The translations under genes were made by a program, and so were the position numbers. From Paramecium tetraurelia (lineage: Eukaryota): a stretch of DNA of 64,000 nucleotides. The notes under the pieces were generated by a model. The model saw only the letters and a list, made by a program, of their open reading frames with translations. It ran no database searches and was not told the DNA's origin. The stretch lies in the NCBI GenBank assembly GCA_000165425.1, contig CT868618.1, forward strand, positions 327,827 to 391,826, in the 5' to 3' direction. Below, in pieces: positions 1 through 13,010 of the stretch (its first letter is position 1; every line of letters starts with the position of its first letter).

Positions 1-1134
1 TCGATTATTCAAATCTAAAAATGAGAATCATTCTCATAAATCTCATGATCATCAATTATACTCTGAATTCTAAAAACTAATTCGTGCACAATTTCCATAA
101 TAGATTCGAGAATAAATAAATCAATAATTTAGCAAGGATGAATTAATCAAAGCAATCTAAACTAGATCAGTGTAAATGCATGAGTCTGTCAAAAATTTTG
201 AAGAAAATCTAATAAAGTATATGTAACTCATTATGAATCTTTAGAACTATCGAAGCCTATGATATTTTGGGGGCCGATAAAGTTTCTATTAATCAAGCTT
301 TAAGTCAATTAAACGAACAAAATCCTCCTTAACAACTTAATATTTAAGGGTTGATTCATGTACTCAAATTCAATAAATTGGGTCCCTAAAAGGTTTTGGA
401 AAAATGGAAAAGAGAAGGCGAAATCATCCTAAAAGAACTTAGCACATAAGCAGACGCAGCCTTAAAAACTTTAGGGAATGTTACCATTGCAAGTTATATG
501 CACATTCAACATCTCCAAAGTCCTTTGATTTTATAAAAGTAATAATGAAACTATCAATAGAATGCACTTTGCTTGGAGTTAAAGCTATAAGGCAAGTTCA
601 GTTACAATTAGAGAAGAGGCAGCCTATGAGAAGGGAAATTCCATGGGATTGGTGTGTATCTAATAGATTTTGGAAAAGGATCAAGTCCAGAGCATTACTG
701 TAGATGTCAAAGAAAGAGCTGGAGTAATATTATATTATAATGCATAGAATCTATACATAGGAGTACTAGATATTAATGAAAGAAAGTAAAGAGGTAGAAA
801 GGCTTTCAGTTTTCATGATTGGAATGAATCAGGACATGGCTTATATTTAATCTATCATGGAGGATGTATAGAATTCTCACTCTAAAGTAGATGTTTTTAG
901 TTCTAATGATCCATCAATAAATACAAAGAAAGCAGGTTTTACATTTGATTAAAATGATAAGATCATCCTCACCTGGAATGGTCCCGAGCATTCTGTCACT
1001 ATTCTTAAAGTTGGAAGTAGTCATGTAATAATCATAATGTATTATATCAGCAATTTACTTTTAAAGTTAATCCTGATGGACAATACCATTTTGCAGCAGG
1101 CTTGTTCAAATGTGAAATAAGATTGCTTGAATGA
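1..1134 (+). CDS. 5'-truncated protein with a C-terminal SPRY/B30.2-like beta domain
   Basis: Open frame under the ciliate code with several tiny GT-AG introns, ending at TGA 1132-1134. The C-terminus (FAWSQSYK...NLYIGVLD...GFTFDQNDKIILTWNG...YHFAAGLF) resembles a SPRY fold. Confidence 0.6.
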
Positions 1135-1270
1135 TCTATTTAATTCTAATGATTAGATATATATGAAAGTATATTTTTTATAAATTCTATCCCAATAATT
1201 GTTATGTCAAAAATTATTAAAGAATTTGTTTGTAATTTAAATGCAATACTCATATTTAATAATAAATTTA

Positions 1271-1681
1271 ATGAAATCTAAAGGTAAATCGAATAAGTGT
1301 AAGTAATAGTAAGCTGACATCTACACTAAGAAAGACATTCTTTCAAGAATCAAAGTAACTGAAGACATTACTGAAATACTTGAATATACTACTAATGAAG
1401 ATAACGATATTAGACTTGCTGCAACATCCCAGTTGTGTCCTTGTAAAGTTTAGGAAGATGTTCCTGAATTTTGGGATAGAGTTTTCTAATTAGTAGATGA
1501 CCCATAATCAAAAATAAGAGCAAGAGTTCTGCATATTATTTGTGATGGCTCACCCAACAGACTTTAAAATGAAGTGATGGATGCTTTATATAAATTTAAC
1601 AGAGATTCTGACCAGGAAATAAGAAGACAAGCACATAAAGTACTTGCTAAAGCATAAAAGGGTACTTGGAATGTGTTGTGA
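1271..1681 (+). CDS. small HEAT/ARM-like repeat protein (136 aa) with CPC and HxxCDGSP motifs
   Basis: Intronless ATG to TGA frame: ...DIRLAATSQLCPCKVQEDVPEFWDRVFQLVDDPQSKIRARVLHIICDGSPNRL...DSDQEIRRQAHKVL...GTWNVL. It has D-x-x-x-I-R HEAT-like periodicity. Confidence 0.8.
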
Positions 1682-1747
1682 TTACTAAAATTAATTCTTA
1701 TAAAAGATCAAAATTAATTATATTTGCTTATTTTTCTTTATGTATCT

Positions 1748-2694
1748 TCAGATTATTTGTAGCTATTCCTTGGTTACTCCTTTCTTATTGTATTTGAATG
1801 ATACTAATGTTCATACGAGTTATCATTTTCTTATTCTTGTTCGTTATTTTCAATTTTGAATTATTGTTATGGATAATTTATAGATAATCTATTTGATTGA
1901 TAAAGACTCTTATTGTAATATGGATCTACTGGTTAAATTGTCAATGCTCTGCTAACTTTCTTGATGGGACTTATTTTTGTAGATGGAAACAATGCTTCCT
2001 CTAAAGACTATTTGTTGAGTCTTTAGGTTTCGCAATATTCTTCCTATTTTTTTTACTCATTACACTTTGTGTTTTCAAGTAATTTGTCTATTCGAGATTA
2101 TTATTTGATATTTAATTGCTTCAACTCTTTATTTTCACTTTACAGTTGAATCAAATCTCTATGTAATTAGTTTAATATTCCACTATCTTTTAATGAAACA
2201 GATTGGTTTTATAATTTCTCAATTTCTTGCTTTAATCTCTCATTCTCCTAACATTTAATATCAAAGCGATGATTTAAATCTAATCGTATTAATCTTTCTT
2301 CCTTTAGTTCCTTATGAGTTTTTATAAGATCATTTTCTAATTCCAAAATTTATTATTCTTTAAGTTGCTTATATTAGCTAAATTTTTATTTCTCTAATCG
2401 TAATTGTTCATCCTTTCCTTATTCATCCATTGTAATCAATTGATTTAATTAATTTCCACCCCTCTATAGTCTTTCTATTTCATTTTATAGTTGCTAAATC
2501 TCTAAGTTAGCCATCTTCTGAGCTTCTGCCATTCTATCTAATTCTTAGATAAGTATATTTATTCTCTGTAAGCAACCCTTATGTTTTGAATCTGTTAATA
2601 ACGAATCAGATCTTGGAACATTAAAGGTGTTCCCTTAGGATTTAATTCTATCCTTTTCTACTATGGAGGCTTTTTGAGAAAATAAATTAAACAT
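1748..2694 (-). CDS. coiled-coil hypothetical protein
   Basis: MFNLFSQKASIVEKDR..., Q/E/K/L-rich heptads, ends KGVTKEQLQII*. Confidence 0.7.
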
Positions 2695-3014
2695 AAATAA
2701 ATTTAATTTCCAAATAAGTATACTAATTATCAATTAGTAGTATATATTAATATTGAAAAATAGTAGAAAATTAAATTCATTCTGACTGACTATCAAAAAT
2801 ATTTACAGATCTTGGAAGAATCTTATTGAATAATCTAAAAATACGCAGCAACATGGAAGAATCATAGATATATAAAAGAGATTCTCAAAGTCTTTTACAC
2901 TTCGAATATACTTATTTGTATCAATTAATCAATAGATGAACAAGTATTATAGTTTAGTGCATATTGTATTTTGTATAATATCAAATTTTAATTATTTTAT
3001 TAATTGTTATTAAT

Positions 3015-3662
3015 ATGGCTGAAGAGTACGACGAAGAATTTGGAGAGGTGCAATATTATAAAAAATAGGTAGCTTGGATTAGTGATTGGCGATTTGAACA
3101 TCCCATCAAGGGCTTCTGATCTACCTCCTCAATTTAAGGACCTTTTAGTTCCTAATAAAGTTTAATATGTATTCTGCACAGGAAATGTCGGGAATAGAGA
3201 AACCACAGATTGGTTGAAGACACTATCTGGAAATACTCATTTCGTAAAAGGCGATTTCGATGAAGCAAAAGATATACCTGAAACAAAGATCATATAGATT
3301 GGAGCATGGAAATTGGCTTTAGTGCATGGTCATCAAGTAGAACAGAATATTCATTTTGTAGATTATCCCTGCTGGAGATGATGAGTCTTTGTATACATTT
3401 TTGAAAGAGATGGAAGCCGATGTGCTTATTACAGGTTATACAGGTGTTGCTAAGGTTTCAGCAGTTGAAAAGAAATATATTATTAATCCTGGATCGGTTA
3501 CAGGTGGTTTCAATGGTTAATAATCGTAATTTAAATTGATTATTTAGATCAATTCCATCCTTTTTAATATTGGAATTTAAAAAGGAAAAAATTTAAGTAT
3601 TTATTTACACCCTTGACGGAGATGTTAAAATAGATAAGCAAGAGTTGCCATTATAGAAATGA
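3015..3662 (+). CDS. VPS29: vacuolar protein sorting 29 (retromer subunit)
   Basis: [39 protein letters not shown]...VKGDFDE...LVHGHQ...INPGSVTG, with three tiny introns. Confidence 0.95.
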
Positions 3663-3680
3663 ATAAAATAAAATTAAGTA

Positions 3681-4004
3681 TCATTAATATTGTTATGAAA
3701 GCCAATAATCTTGACCCTTAAAAATGCAAGCTCTCTCTCTTAAGATATCTAAGGCATCCCAAAAATCTTGGTCAGCAATATCAGGATTTCTAGATTCAAA
3801 TTCATACTAGGACTGTCTATAATAAAAAATTTTGTCTTGTGAATTTTCTAATTACTACTACCAGTTTTAAAATAGTCTCTATATTTCATTCTTTTTGATT
3901 CTGTATTACTTAAAATAATAAAATATAGCTATAGCCATCCCAAATATTAACATGATAATGATAAGGTAGAATACCAAACCAAGGCCTTTTTCATTTGAGA
4001 TCAT
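3681..4004 (-). CDS. small single-pass membrane protein
   Basis: MISNEKGLGLVFYLIIIMLIFGMAIAIFYYFK, then a 31-nt intron, then RLFQNWQ...DYWLSQQYQ*. Confidence 0.6.
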
Positions 4005-4255
4005 AAAACAATAAAAATTATTAATATATTTATGCAATTTAATTATAACACTTTGATGTAAAGAGAGATTGTGCCATTTTAAATTACAAGAATAGAATCA
4101 GAAATAATATGAATTAACTACAGAATTGTGTAATTAATGTTCTTTTAGTGTATTTAAATAAATTTAATAAAAGTAAATTAATAATTAGAATTATGATAAA
4201 CAATCCATAGTTTCTGGTCAAAAATGGAAGTTTTGCTCATTCATTTTAATAAGAA

Positions 4256-5114
4256 TCAGAATTAATTATTATTATCTACAAAAATAGCTTCACCCTTAGC
4301 AATTATAGTCAAAGCCTTGATAAAGAACTTTTTATCTATAAGTATTAATTCTGCATTCAAATCAGTCTTAGATTAAGCTTTATTTTACAATATTGCATTA
4401 TTTAATCTGTTTAGTCTTAAAAACAAATTGTCTAATTTAAGGTTTATTCTTCCTGGCTATTCAGCTTCAAAATATTTCCCTCGGCATTCTGTAATTATTT
4501 CGCCGCATTATATTGTGGATTTTGAATACACTTTACCATCAATTATCTATAATTTAAGCATATCGGAATCACAAATGATATACTGTTCTGGAATAGGTTT
4601 TTATTTTTGTTATTCCCAATATTCAAAAAAGTTCTCTCCTTTGTATGCCTTCATTTGATCATAAAATGACTTCCAATAAGAAAATGAATAATCAAAAAAC
4701 AATTCTTCCCCTGCTTTAATATTCTTTGATGACACCAAAAATGCTTTATCTTGCCTTATTGAAAGCTCAACATTATGTTTCAAATGCTCATGAATAGGAA
4801 AGACGCCGAAATTCAAGCTCAACTCCTCTGCAGGTGTTAAAAGGCCAAATCTTACAATATCGTTAAATCTAGAGGATAAGGAACGACCAATAACTGAATA
4901 TTTTTCATTTATTTGAAGCATTCTATCTTCAAGCATAAAGCATTGTGCCCAAGAGTATTTTGCATTAATTACTAATATATTTATGATATTTACTTTTTCC
5001 CCTATATTCTACTAGAATCTATCCTTTTGAAATATCATTTCTTGCAAATACTCCTAATCCAGAATTCGGAATTGTGGATGGCTTAGTAAATAATTAAAGA
5101 TAATCACTTTTCAT
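4256..5114 (-). CDS. protein with one SET domain and a second, degenerate SET-like domain
   Basis: KPSTIPNSGLGVFARNDISKGQILVEYRG...KNIKAGEELFFDYSFSYW, followed by KVYSKSTIQCGEIITECRG...IKALTIIAKGEAIFVD. Confidence 0.85.
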
Positions 5115-5173
5115 TATTTTAATATATGATAATAATGAGATTATGAGAGGAATGTTATTAAAAAGTAATAAAA

Positions 5174-5977
5174 TCAAAAATATTAATAATCGCCAAAAAC
5201 CATAAATGACAATCGTTAGTCTTGTTTTTTTTGCTTAAGTTACTAGAGTTTAGTAAAAAGACTAAAATTCAATTTGTTATTTTTATTCCTAAAAATTACA
5301 TTAATCGATTTTTTTTTTGTTGAATTAGCCCTTTGAAAACTATTTGCTCTTGAAGATTTATTTGAATTCTAAAAATCTTCAGAGCCTTTTTTTTCTTAAA
5401 GTTAATTGTCATTTATTGAACAATTATGGAAGTTTGTTGCATCCATTAATTAAAGTGAGGCTCTTTTCTTCCCTTAAGCTTTAGATTTAGAGAGATTGGT
5501 TTAATTGCAATCTGAACTTCTTTCAGCAGACAAAGCACAATATTTCAACTCTGTTTAATATAGTTTTTTCAACCTTTAATATGAATTCTGAGAGTTGTGA
5601 GAACAGATTAGACTCTTTGACATGCCAATCTACTCAGCCTCTCCTGAGATTCTATCAGTTATAGAATTTTGTTTTGATCTGTCACTAATTTAGGACCTGA
5701 GCCTGTTTAATCTTGAATACAAACTCAATCTAGTCTTGTATTCATCCTCGATTTTATTTTACCTTGAAGATAAATTGTTATCTTATCCTGGTTCATCTGA
5801 ATCCCTACAAGTTTCAGCCATGGTTTATCTTCGAGATCCCTTTAAGTTAGAGTTGAAAAATTTTGTTTTTTTGATCGCTTCTTTCTCTAATGTTTCAGAT
5901 ATATCATAACATCTTGGATAAACATAAGGTTTTAGACTCATTTTCCTTTTTTATAATTTTCCTTTACTAGGGTTCAT
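5174..5977 (-). CDS. hypothetical low-complexity Ser/Lys-rich protein
   Basis: Uninterrupted 267-codon frame, MNPSKGKLQKRKMSLKPYVYP...FGDYQYF*. Confidence 0.7.
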
Positions 5978-6173
5978 TATTTTAATTGATCTTAATTATA
6001 ATAAATTTATATATAGAAAATAATATTATATATTGTAATCAAACAGAAAAAGTAAAGTTATCAAACTTGGCTAAAGTGGATTCACAAAATTACAGACAAA
6101 GTAAAAATAAATGGATATAAAAAGTAGTTGGCAAACAGAATCACAATTGTTTAAAATACGTATATGATTAGAA

Positions 6174-6659
6174 TCATTATTCAATTTCCTTAAGTATTTT
6201 GTCTCCTTCATCTAAAGCTCTTTTCATGTTCTCCTTAAATTAATTGAGAAATGTTTTGAAACTCTAAACTACAGATTGAAATTTTGACTAGGCTTTATTT
6301 GTTTTTGCTTTCAAATGCTTCTGTGCCTTTTATCTCTCAGGTTACTATTATTTGTGTTTTTTCGCAGCGGTAAATTTTTTCTTAATCTTCTTCATTATAG
6401 TGTTTGCTTTGGCCATTTTTGCTTTTGAAGATCCAATCATAATAATATCTGGGCTCTCATCAATTTTTCTTTCCTCAGTAGTCAGTGTTTTTTAGTTTGG
6501 AGCCTTTTTTTTTTATCTGGGCGGTCTTCCCCTTTTAGTTTTTGTACAAACACGGGTTTGATTTTAACTTATATGTTGTTTTTTATTTTCAGTAAAATCA
6601 TTATCACTATCAACATTTGATGATGTTAACAGATCAATCTCTAAGTCTTCAGATATCAT
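6174..6659 (-). CDS. small basic protein with an AT-hook-like motif
   Basis: MISEDLEIDLL...TKTKRGRPPRQKKK...ILKEIEQ*. Confidence 0.7.
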
Positions 6660-7297
6660 ATATTAATATATGGGCTCTAAAACAAATATTGCATTTAAAG
6701 TAAAAAGACAAAAAAGCCTGAAAAAAATTGGTTAATTATAAATTATTAACAAATGATGTGTCCAATACTCTATAAAATATCAATATTTTGAACTGAATTT
6801 AATATTTTAATCATCATAGTTATCGAACTAAGTTTATAAAAGGTTTATCCTATTGTTTTGAGGCAGTAATAAACAAAAATTTATCCAAAAATAAATTTAA
6901 TTATTATCATAAATTGTATTAATAATTTGATCTTATACAAGGCAATTTCTTTATTAAGCTTAATATAATTACTTTTTACCAATAATTTAGTTCTCATAAT
7001 ATAGATATCCAAATTGAACATAAATTTAAGTAACCATTATTCTGGGCAAAATAGTTCCAGATAATAACTATGAAGTAAATTCAAGAGAAAATAATAGTAT
7101 ATTTAAAATTGAGTATGAGGTTTCTCCCTTATTCTGTGCTAGTTTCTCAAATTATATTGGAATATATTTATTAGAGAGATGAATATCAATCAAATTATCT
7201 AATGGAACATTAATTGATATATTTTGTTAATGAGAAATTGATCGATATTTTATAAATTTAAGGTGTTCATTTAGTTGAATTTATAATAAAAATTCAA

Positions 7298-9148
7298 ATG
7301 AATAATAATCGAAGGAGATAATCACACTCTGCCGAAAGAGTTAATTAGCAGTCTTCAATAAAGGTTTAATCGGAATAAAAGCCTCCTTTTCTTTTGGATC
7401 TATAAAATGAGATGGAGTACATTGAAGACATTTTGATTTTGATGGCGCGAATAAATCGAACTCAATTTTAAGAACCTCAATAATTGAAGCATGCCCTAAA
7501 AACATAGAACTCAGTATATTTAAGTATTAAGATACTCTACAATCACTAGACATTTTGTAACTAATTATGAATGTAATTGATCCTTACTTGGAAATCAAAA
7601 GTTTTTCTGATGAAAAATTTTAGTTATTATTAAAGAGACTTGGTTACCCTTGCAAGCATATGTCAAAAACAAGATTTATGAGCTTAGGATCCTCACATAC
7701 TTATCTACAATCACTTCATATTTTATCGTGGCTTTGTAGACAGGCTTAACAAATCATACAAATCAATGAACGCATAGAAAATGGCTAATATCAACCGATT
7801 GAGATAGAAAATGAATCCTTCTCCAACAAAATCAAAAAGAAATTAGCAGAGTATCTAGTTTACCTACTAAATTAGATATTTACAAGATGGTTATATAGGT
7901 ACAATTGATGACTCAGCCTTGGAGAAATGCTATAGGGATGCAAAACAAAAGTTGACACTTGAGTTGATGCAGTTGCAAAAGGACATCTCCAAGCTGACTT
8001 GTGAATTGAATGTCATTAAAACATAGGAGCCAAACCTCCCTGAGATAGAAGAGTAATACAAAAACTTAGATGCTGAATTGATGTAAGTGACTTAGGAGAC
8101 ACAAGAGAACCAATAGATTTTGGAATCGACTCGGTAGGAAATTAATTAAAATATGAATAAGTATTTAGAAGTTGATAATGAAATCATTAAGGTGCATAAA
8201 CTTATTGAATCTAAACGATAATATATAGCCTAATAACCTATTAAAATAGACAAAGCCAAAGAAATGGAGGCTAAGGATTATTAGTTGACAATTTAATCGT
8301 AATAATTGTTGAATGAACTGTAAAAGTATTAGAAAGAACTAGATAAAGCAAGACAAGAAAAAACAGAAATGCTTTGCAAAATATCAAACATCATTTAGAT
8401 GCTAAATTCAGGAAGAGTCAAATTTGATAAGGATTATGAAACTTTTGAAAAAAACCTTTACTCATACTAACAAAAACTAGAATAAAATAATGGAATTCAA
8501 ATAGGAGAAGATGAAAATTTATTGGATATGGAACTAGATGCCTAATTTGAATAAAAACTAGCTAATGAATAGGTAGATTATAAAAGTAGAAAGAGCTTGG
8601 TTGCATATGATTTAATCTAAAAATAGGATACAGATTCTATTCTTAAATTGCTATTGCCAAACAAAGAGCAAATTCTCTAAGATCTTAATCAATAATTACA
8701 AGATATTTTAAATAAACTATCTGTTAGCAAAAAGCAAGCGCTGGAGATGAAAAATGAATTAAATCAAAAGTTAAAGTAATTAGAAGATATTGAATGTGCC
8801 AAAAAAATGATTATTTAGGAGATCAGTTAGTTGAATGATTCTACTGAGGAACTAAAAGTGCTAAAACAAATTTATTTGGAACATCAGGAAAAATAGTAGA
8901 TATTGCTTAAAGAAATGGAATAGAAAAAGTTAGAAATCAAATTTATAGTGGATAGAAAGAATTTAGATGTTATTGAAATAGATAGATTGAAAAAATAAAA
9001 TTAAGAAAATTAAGAAGTTATATTAATTATGCAACAACAAGCCGAGATAATTGAAGAAAAAAATACAGCATTATAATAGTAATTTAAGGATTGGGTAAAA
9101 GATAACTTAGATCAATTTTTGTCTTTGATTTAAGAAGTGAAAATATGA
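7298..9148 (+). CDS. NDC80: Ndc80/HEC1-like kinetochore protein (CH domain plus long coiled coil)
   Basis: After a 26-nt intron it reads YLNILQLIMNVIDPY...LLKRLGYPCKHMSKTRFMSLGSSHTYLQSLHILSWL, matching the Ndc80 CH-domain pattern, followed by coiled coil. An in-frame upstream ATG at 7070 is an alternative start. Confidence 0.7.
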
Positions 9149-9660
9149 TAAATTAAAAATATCAATTAATTAGAATTATTTATTGTATTTCAATATTCAA
9201 ATGTTTTGTATACCTAAAAAAATTGAAATCATATAAATAGAGATAGAATTTTTAATTTTACAGGCCAATTTAATTAGTATTTAAATTGTACAACATATAT
9301 AAGTATCTTAAGAATAAATAATATTATAATACAAAATTAATCTAATAAATATAATATATAATAAAGTATGTAGTTTGAAATTATGCATATCATAAATATT
9401 TTATCCAATAAATAATAATTTTAGAATATGTATTCTCTAAGAATAATTCACGTCTTGAAAATAAATCTAACGTGCTATTTCTAATCGTGCTTTAGATGAA
9501 ATTATTAAAATGGCTTGATGAAGCAGAAGAGAATCGAAAATTATCATTAATGTAAGTCCAATTACAATACCTACATATATCACTTAACTTGAGTAATAAT
9601 AATAAAGACTATACTAATATTATAAAGTATAATTAATATTTATAATAATAATTTGTTAAT

Positions 9661-12139
9661 ATGAGCGTGTCTGAAAATTCGCAATAAATGTATGAGGAAC
9701 TAATGGTAATGTTATTGATATTCTATTTCAGGATAAAATAAAAAAAAATTCAGAAATAAGAGAGAAATTTGATAGCAGAACATCAAATGGATTATTAGAT
9801 AAAGATTATGCTCATGAAGTCTTGATAGATTGGAGCGATTTACTAAATTATGACCTAAGTGATGCAATAAATTATTTTGATCTCGATAATCCTGATATTC
9901 CTCCTGAAGAGATCAGATAGCACCTAGATTTTGACAGTTTCACTAATCTTGTCAACAAATGGTTATAGAAGCAATTATTGCAGACATCTCCTAAATAAAA
10001 ACAAAGTACAAACCAAGATCAGTATTGGTTTAAGAGTGAGCCTGGAACACTTAACACAGAACAGAGTGATTTAAAGCATTAAGAATAGTTAATAAAAGCA
10101 ATTTTTGAGACTCAAGAAGGTAAGACCAAGAAGGTATTTAACGAGTATGCAATGATGAACGATTAAACTGACACAATTAGCAAGTAAGATTTTCCCCTTT
10201 TGCTCAAAAATTTGTTATATCAACATAATGCATCAATTTATGAGAAATCTGGTTAAGAGGATTACTTTTTGAGAAGTAATTCATATGGAAATTTAAATAA
10301 CTTTTTGAGAGATGATTAAATTAATTATTAACAATTCAAGGAGGCGGCAATTCAATTCATAAAAGGAAATCAAGATTTGATTCTTTTGGATCATGAATAA
10401 ATTAGTAAGAAAAAAGAAAAGCAGCCCCCTTAAATTCAACCTAATTTAGAAGAAGAACTATTATAACAAATTGACAAATATCAATAGATTTTATAATCAA
10501 CTGAGCCTGAAATTGAGAAATAGGTTCTTAGAAACATGATAACAACTTTGGTTCGTTAGCTAGATTTAATTAGAGATAACACTATGAGATTAGATGAAAC
10601 TCATATCAATTCCACTATCAAACCTAAAGCAAATCTGCAGGTCTCATTTTCAGGTATTGTTAGACCTGAAAAAAGGTCAAAAACTAAGGAAGAGGTAGAA
10701 ATTCAAAAAAGAGATAATTAAATATTGGAAATATTTCTATTTTTTGCTAAATAATAGTATGTCAATGGTGTTGCATATGAGTTTGATAGATACACAAAAG
10801 AAGCTTAAAGTTTAAGTTTAGGTATGTTCTTATATTTTTGTAAATGTTTTAATTTGATTGAAACTCATGTCAGAAAACCAAATGAAGAAAATCTATTGGA
10901 AAGGAAAAAGAGAGGGGAAGATGTCAATATTACTCGATTGAATCAAACAATAATCAATAAAAGCTCATAAGAAGAAGAAAAGTAAGTAGAATAAGTGTCA
11001 ACAATTAAATCTCCATAACAAAAACCTCCAACTGTCCCAGTCAATATCCAGAAGGTTGAAAATTTGCCTAGAAGAAATAAATATTCTCATGTCCCTTCTA
11101 AATTTGAGTATGCTTCTGTTTCTATATCATAGATGGTGGAATGATGAATTAAAGTTTGAAAAATACTACAATCCAAACCAAAATCCCTTACCTCAACAAA
11201 TTTTGGATGATATGAAATATTTAACTAAAGATGAAATTAAGAGTTTGTTTAAAAGAAGTGCCTTTGGAAAAGATGTAAGACTCTAAATTTATATAGCTCG
11301 ATTTTGATGAATTCAAATGTCTATTAGGATTTATGGCCAATCTTATGTTCAAAGAAAATGGAGAAAGACATCCTCATGCCTATTAATTGATATTAAGACT
11401 GATGTATATTGATTATCCAGAGGAATACAGAAAAAGATTAATCCCGATGAAAATACCATTTAATTGTAAGGAGAAAATTGGTTTCAGGTAGTTGCCAGGT
11501 TACGAGCATCATGAATATAAAGGCAGATAATTATCATAATAAGAAAAACAGCAACTGCAAAAATTGAAGCAAGAAAGAGAGAATTAATTAAGGGAGAGAC
11601 TTACTGAAAACCCTAATCAAAGCATAAGATCTATAGGGTCTATAGGTTCTCAATCTATTGCTAATTTACCATATAATAAATAATAAGGCAGATTTTTGAA
11701 TGGAAGAATAGATTTAGATAGGGAAAAAGTTTCATGGGCAAAACTAGAGAATTTAAATCCTAATGACTTAAGTGGTCATGGCAGAAATTTTAAGCCTCAA
11801 GACTTGATTGATGAATTTGAAGATGAGGAAGATAGGTAATTTACTTTATAATAATTTAGATTTTTCTTGAAAGAATTCTCACTTGAAGAGGATAAAAAAA
11901 ATCAATTAAAACCTGAAGAGGTGTAAAAACACCTAGAAAAATATGGTGCTTATAAACCTCCAAAGAGGCCTACTTAAAAACACCAAATGAGTTAACCTTA
12001 ACTGTTAAATTAAAGATATGAATAGAAGAGTGTTGACATGAAAAATCAGTACTTATAAAGAGCTAATCAAATTTAGTAACTACAAAATAAAAAAGAGTAA
12101 CAACTACTCTAAAAAATAAACAAATAATATAAAATTTGA
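9661..12139 (+). CDS. large hypothetical protein with possible degenerate EF-hand-like helices
   Basis: MSVSENSQQMYEELM..., several tiny introns. It includes ORF fragment 11056-11286 and ends QYKI*. Confidence 0.65.
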
Positions 12140-12340
12140 TTATTTTAAAATAATTATAAGCCATTTAATCTTTTGTTATCTATTTAATTGTATTAATGAA
12201 CGTTTTTAACATAAATAATAGCATATATTACATTCTTACTTTAACCAAAATTAGATATTTATTGGAGACTTTAAGATATAAACACATTAATTGGTATTAA
12301 AAATTAATGTTAAGATGTTGATATAATTGAATTGAAAGAT

Positions 12341-12997
12341 TCATTTCTTTTTAAAGTCAGGTGATTTGTCATCGAAACTGGCATCGTTATCAGAAAAAAC
12401 ATTTCCAACAGGTTGTTCTTCAGAATCGTCTTTTTTAAATAGAGTATTTTTGAATGTTTTGATTTATTCAGTTGGGGGTTTATCACCTTAATTGATTAAG
12501 GAACTCAAGATATTTTTTGCCTTTATTTATTTCTTTGATGATTTGGTTCCTCCAAAAAATTGTTCTAGTTCATCTTCGGAATTATAATTGTAAACATCAG
12601 AATCGGAGTGATTTTCAAGTTTTTCATTTTATATTCTGATCTTCTCTTATAGTTATATAACACTGGTGTCTGAATTAATTGTGAGTTATCTTGACATCTT
12701 GTTATTTTATGAATGGATTGAATCTTTCATCATAGATTTTTGAGCATCTGATAATTATTAGATTCCACTGTCTCCTTCATGAATATTTTCGATAATAACT
12801 TTATCTTCTTCTTCAGAACTCCCATATCCTCCATTATTAACCCTTTATATTTACTTTTCTAATTTCTTTTTTCTTTCTTCTATTGCAATCTATGCCAACT
12901 ATTTATGATGCTCTATAAAATTGTTTATGTCAATATACGTTGGAGTAGACTTCGGATTTTTATTTGATGTCTCCCTCACAGCAATACAATTTCCCAT
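12341..12997 (-). CDS. hypothetical acidic protein with an N-terminal MGNC acylation motif
   Basis: MGNCIAVRETSNKNP...DDKSPDFKKK*, intronless. Confidence 0.75.
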
Positions 12998-13010
12998 TAT
13001 AAATAAATTA

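Noticed and set aside
6700..7297. Upstream open frame from ATG 7070 in frame with the Ndc80-like gene
   Set aside because: With only TGA as a stop, 76 open codons can arise by chance. The sequence is intergenic-like and has no recognisable motif.
9420..9600. Short coding-like stretch (KWLDEAEENRKL)
   Set aside because: No consistent ATG to TGA model or recognisable homology.
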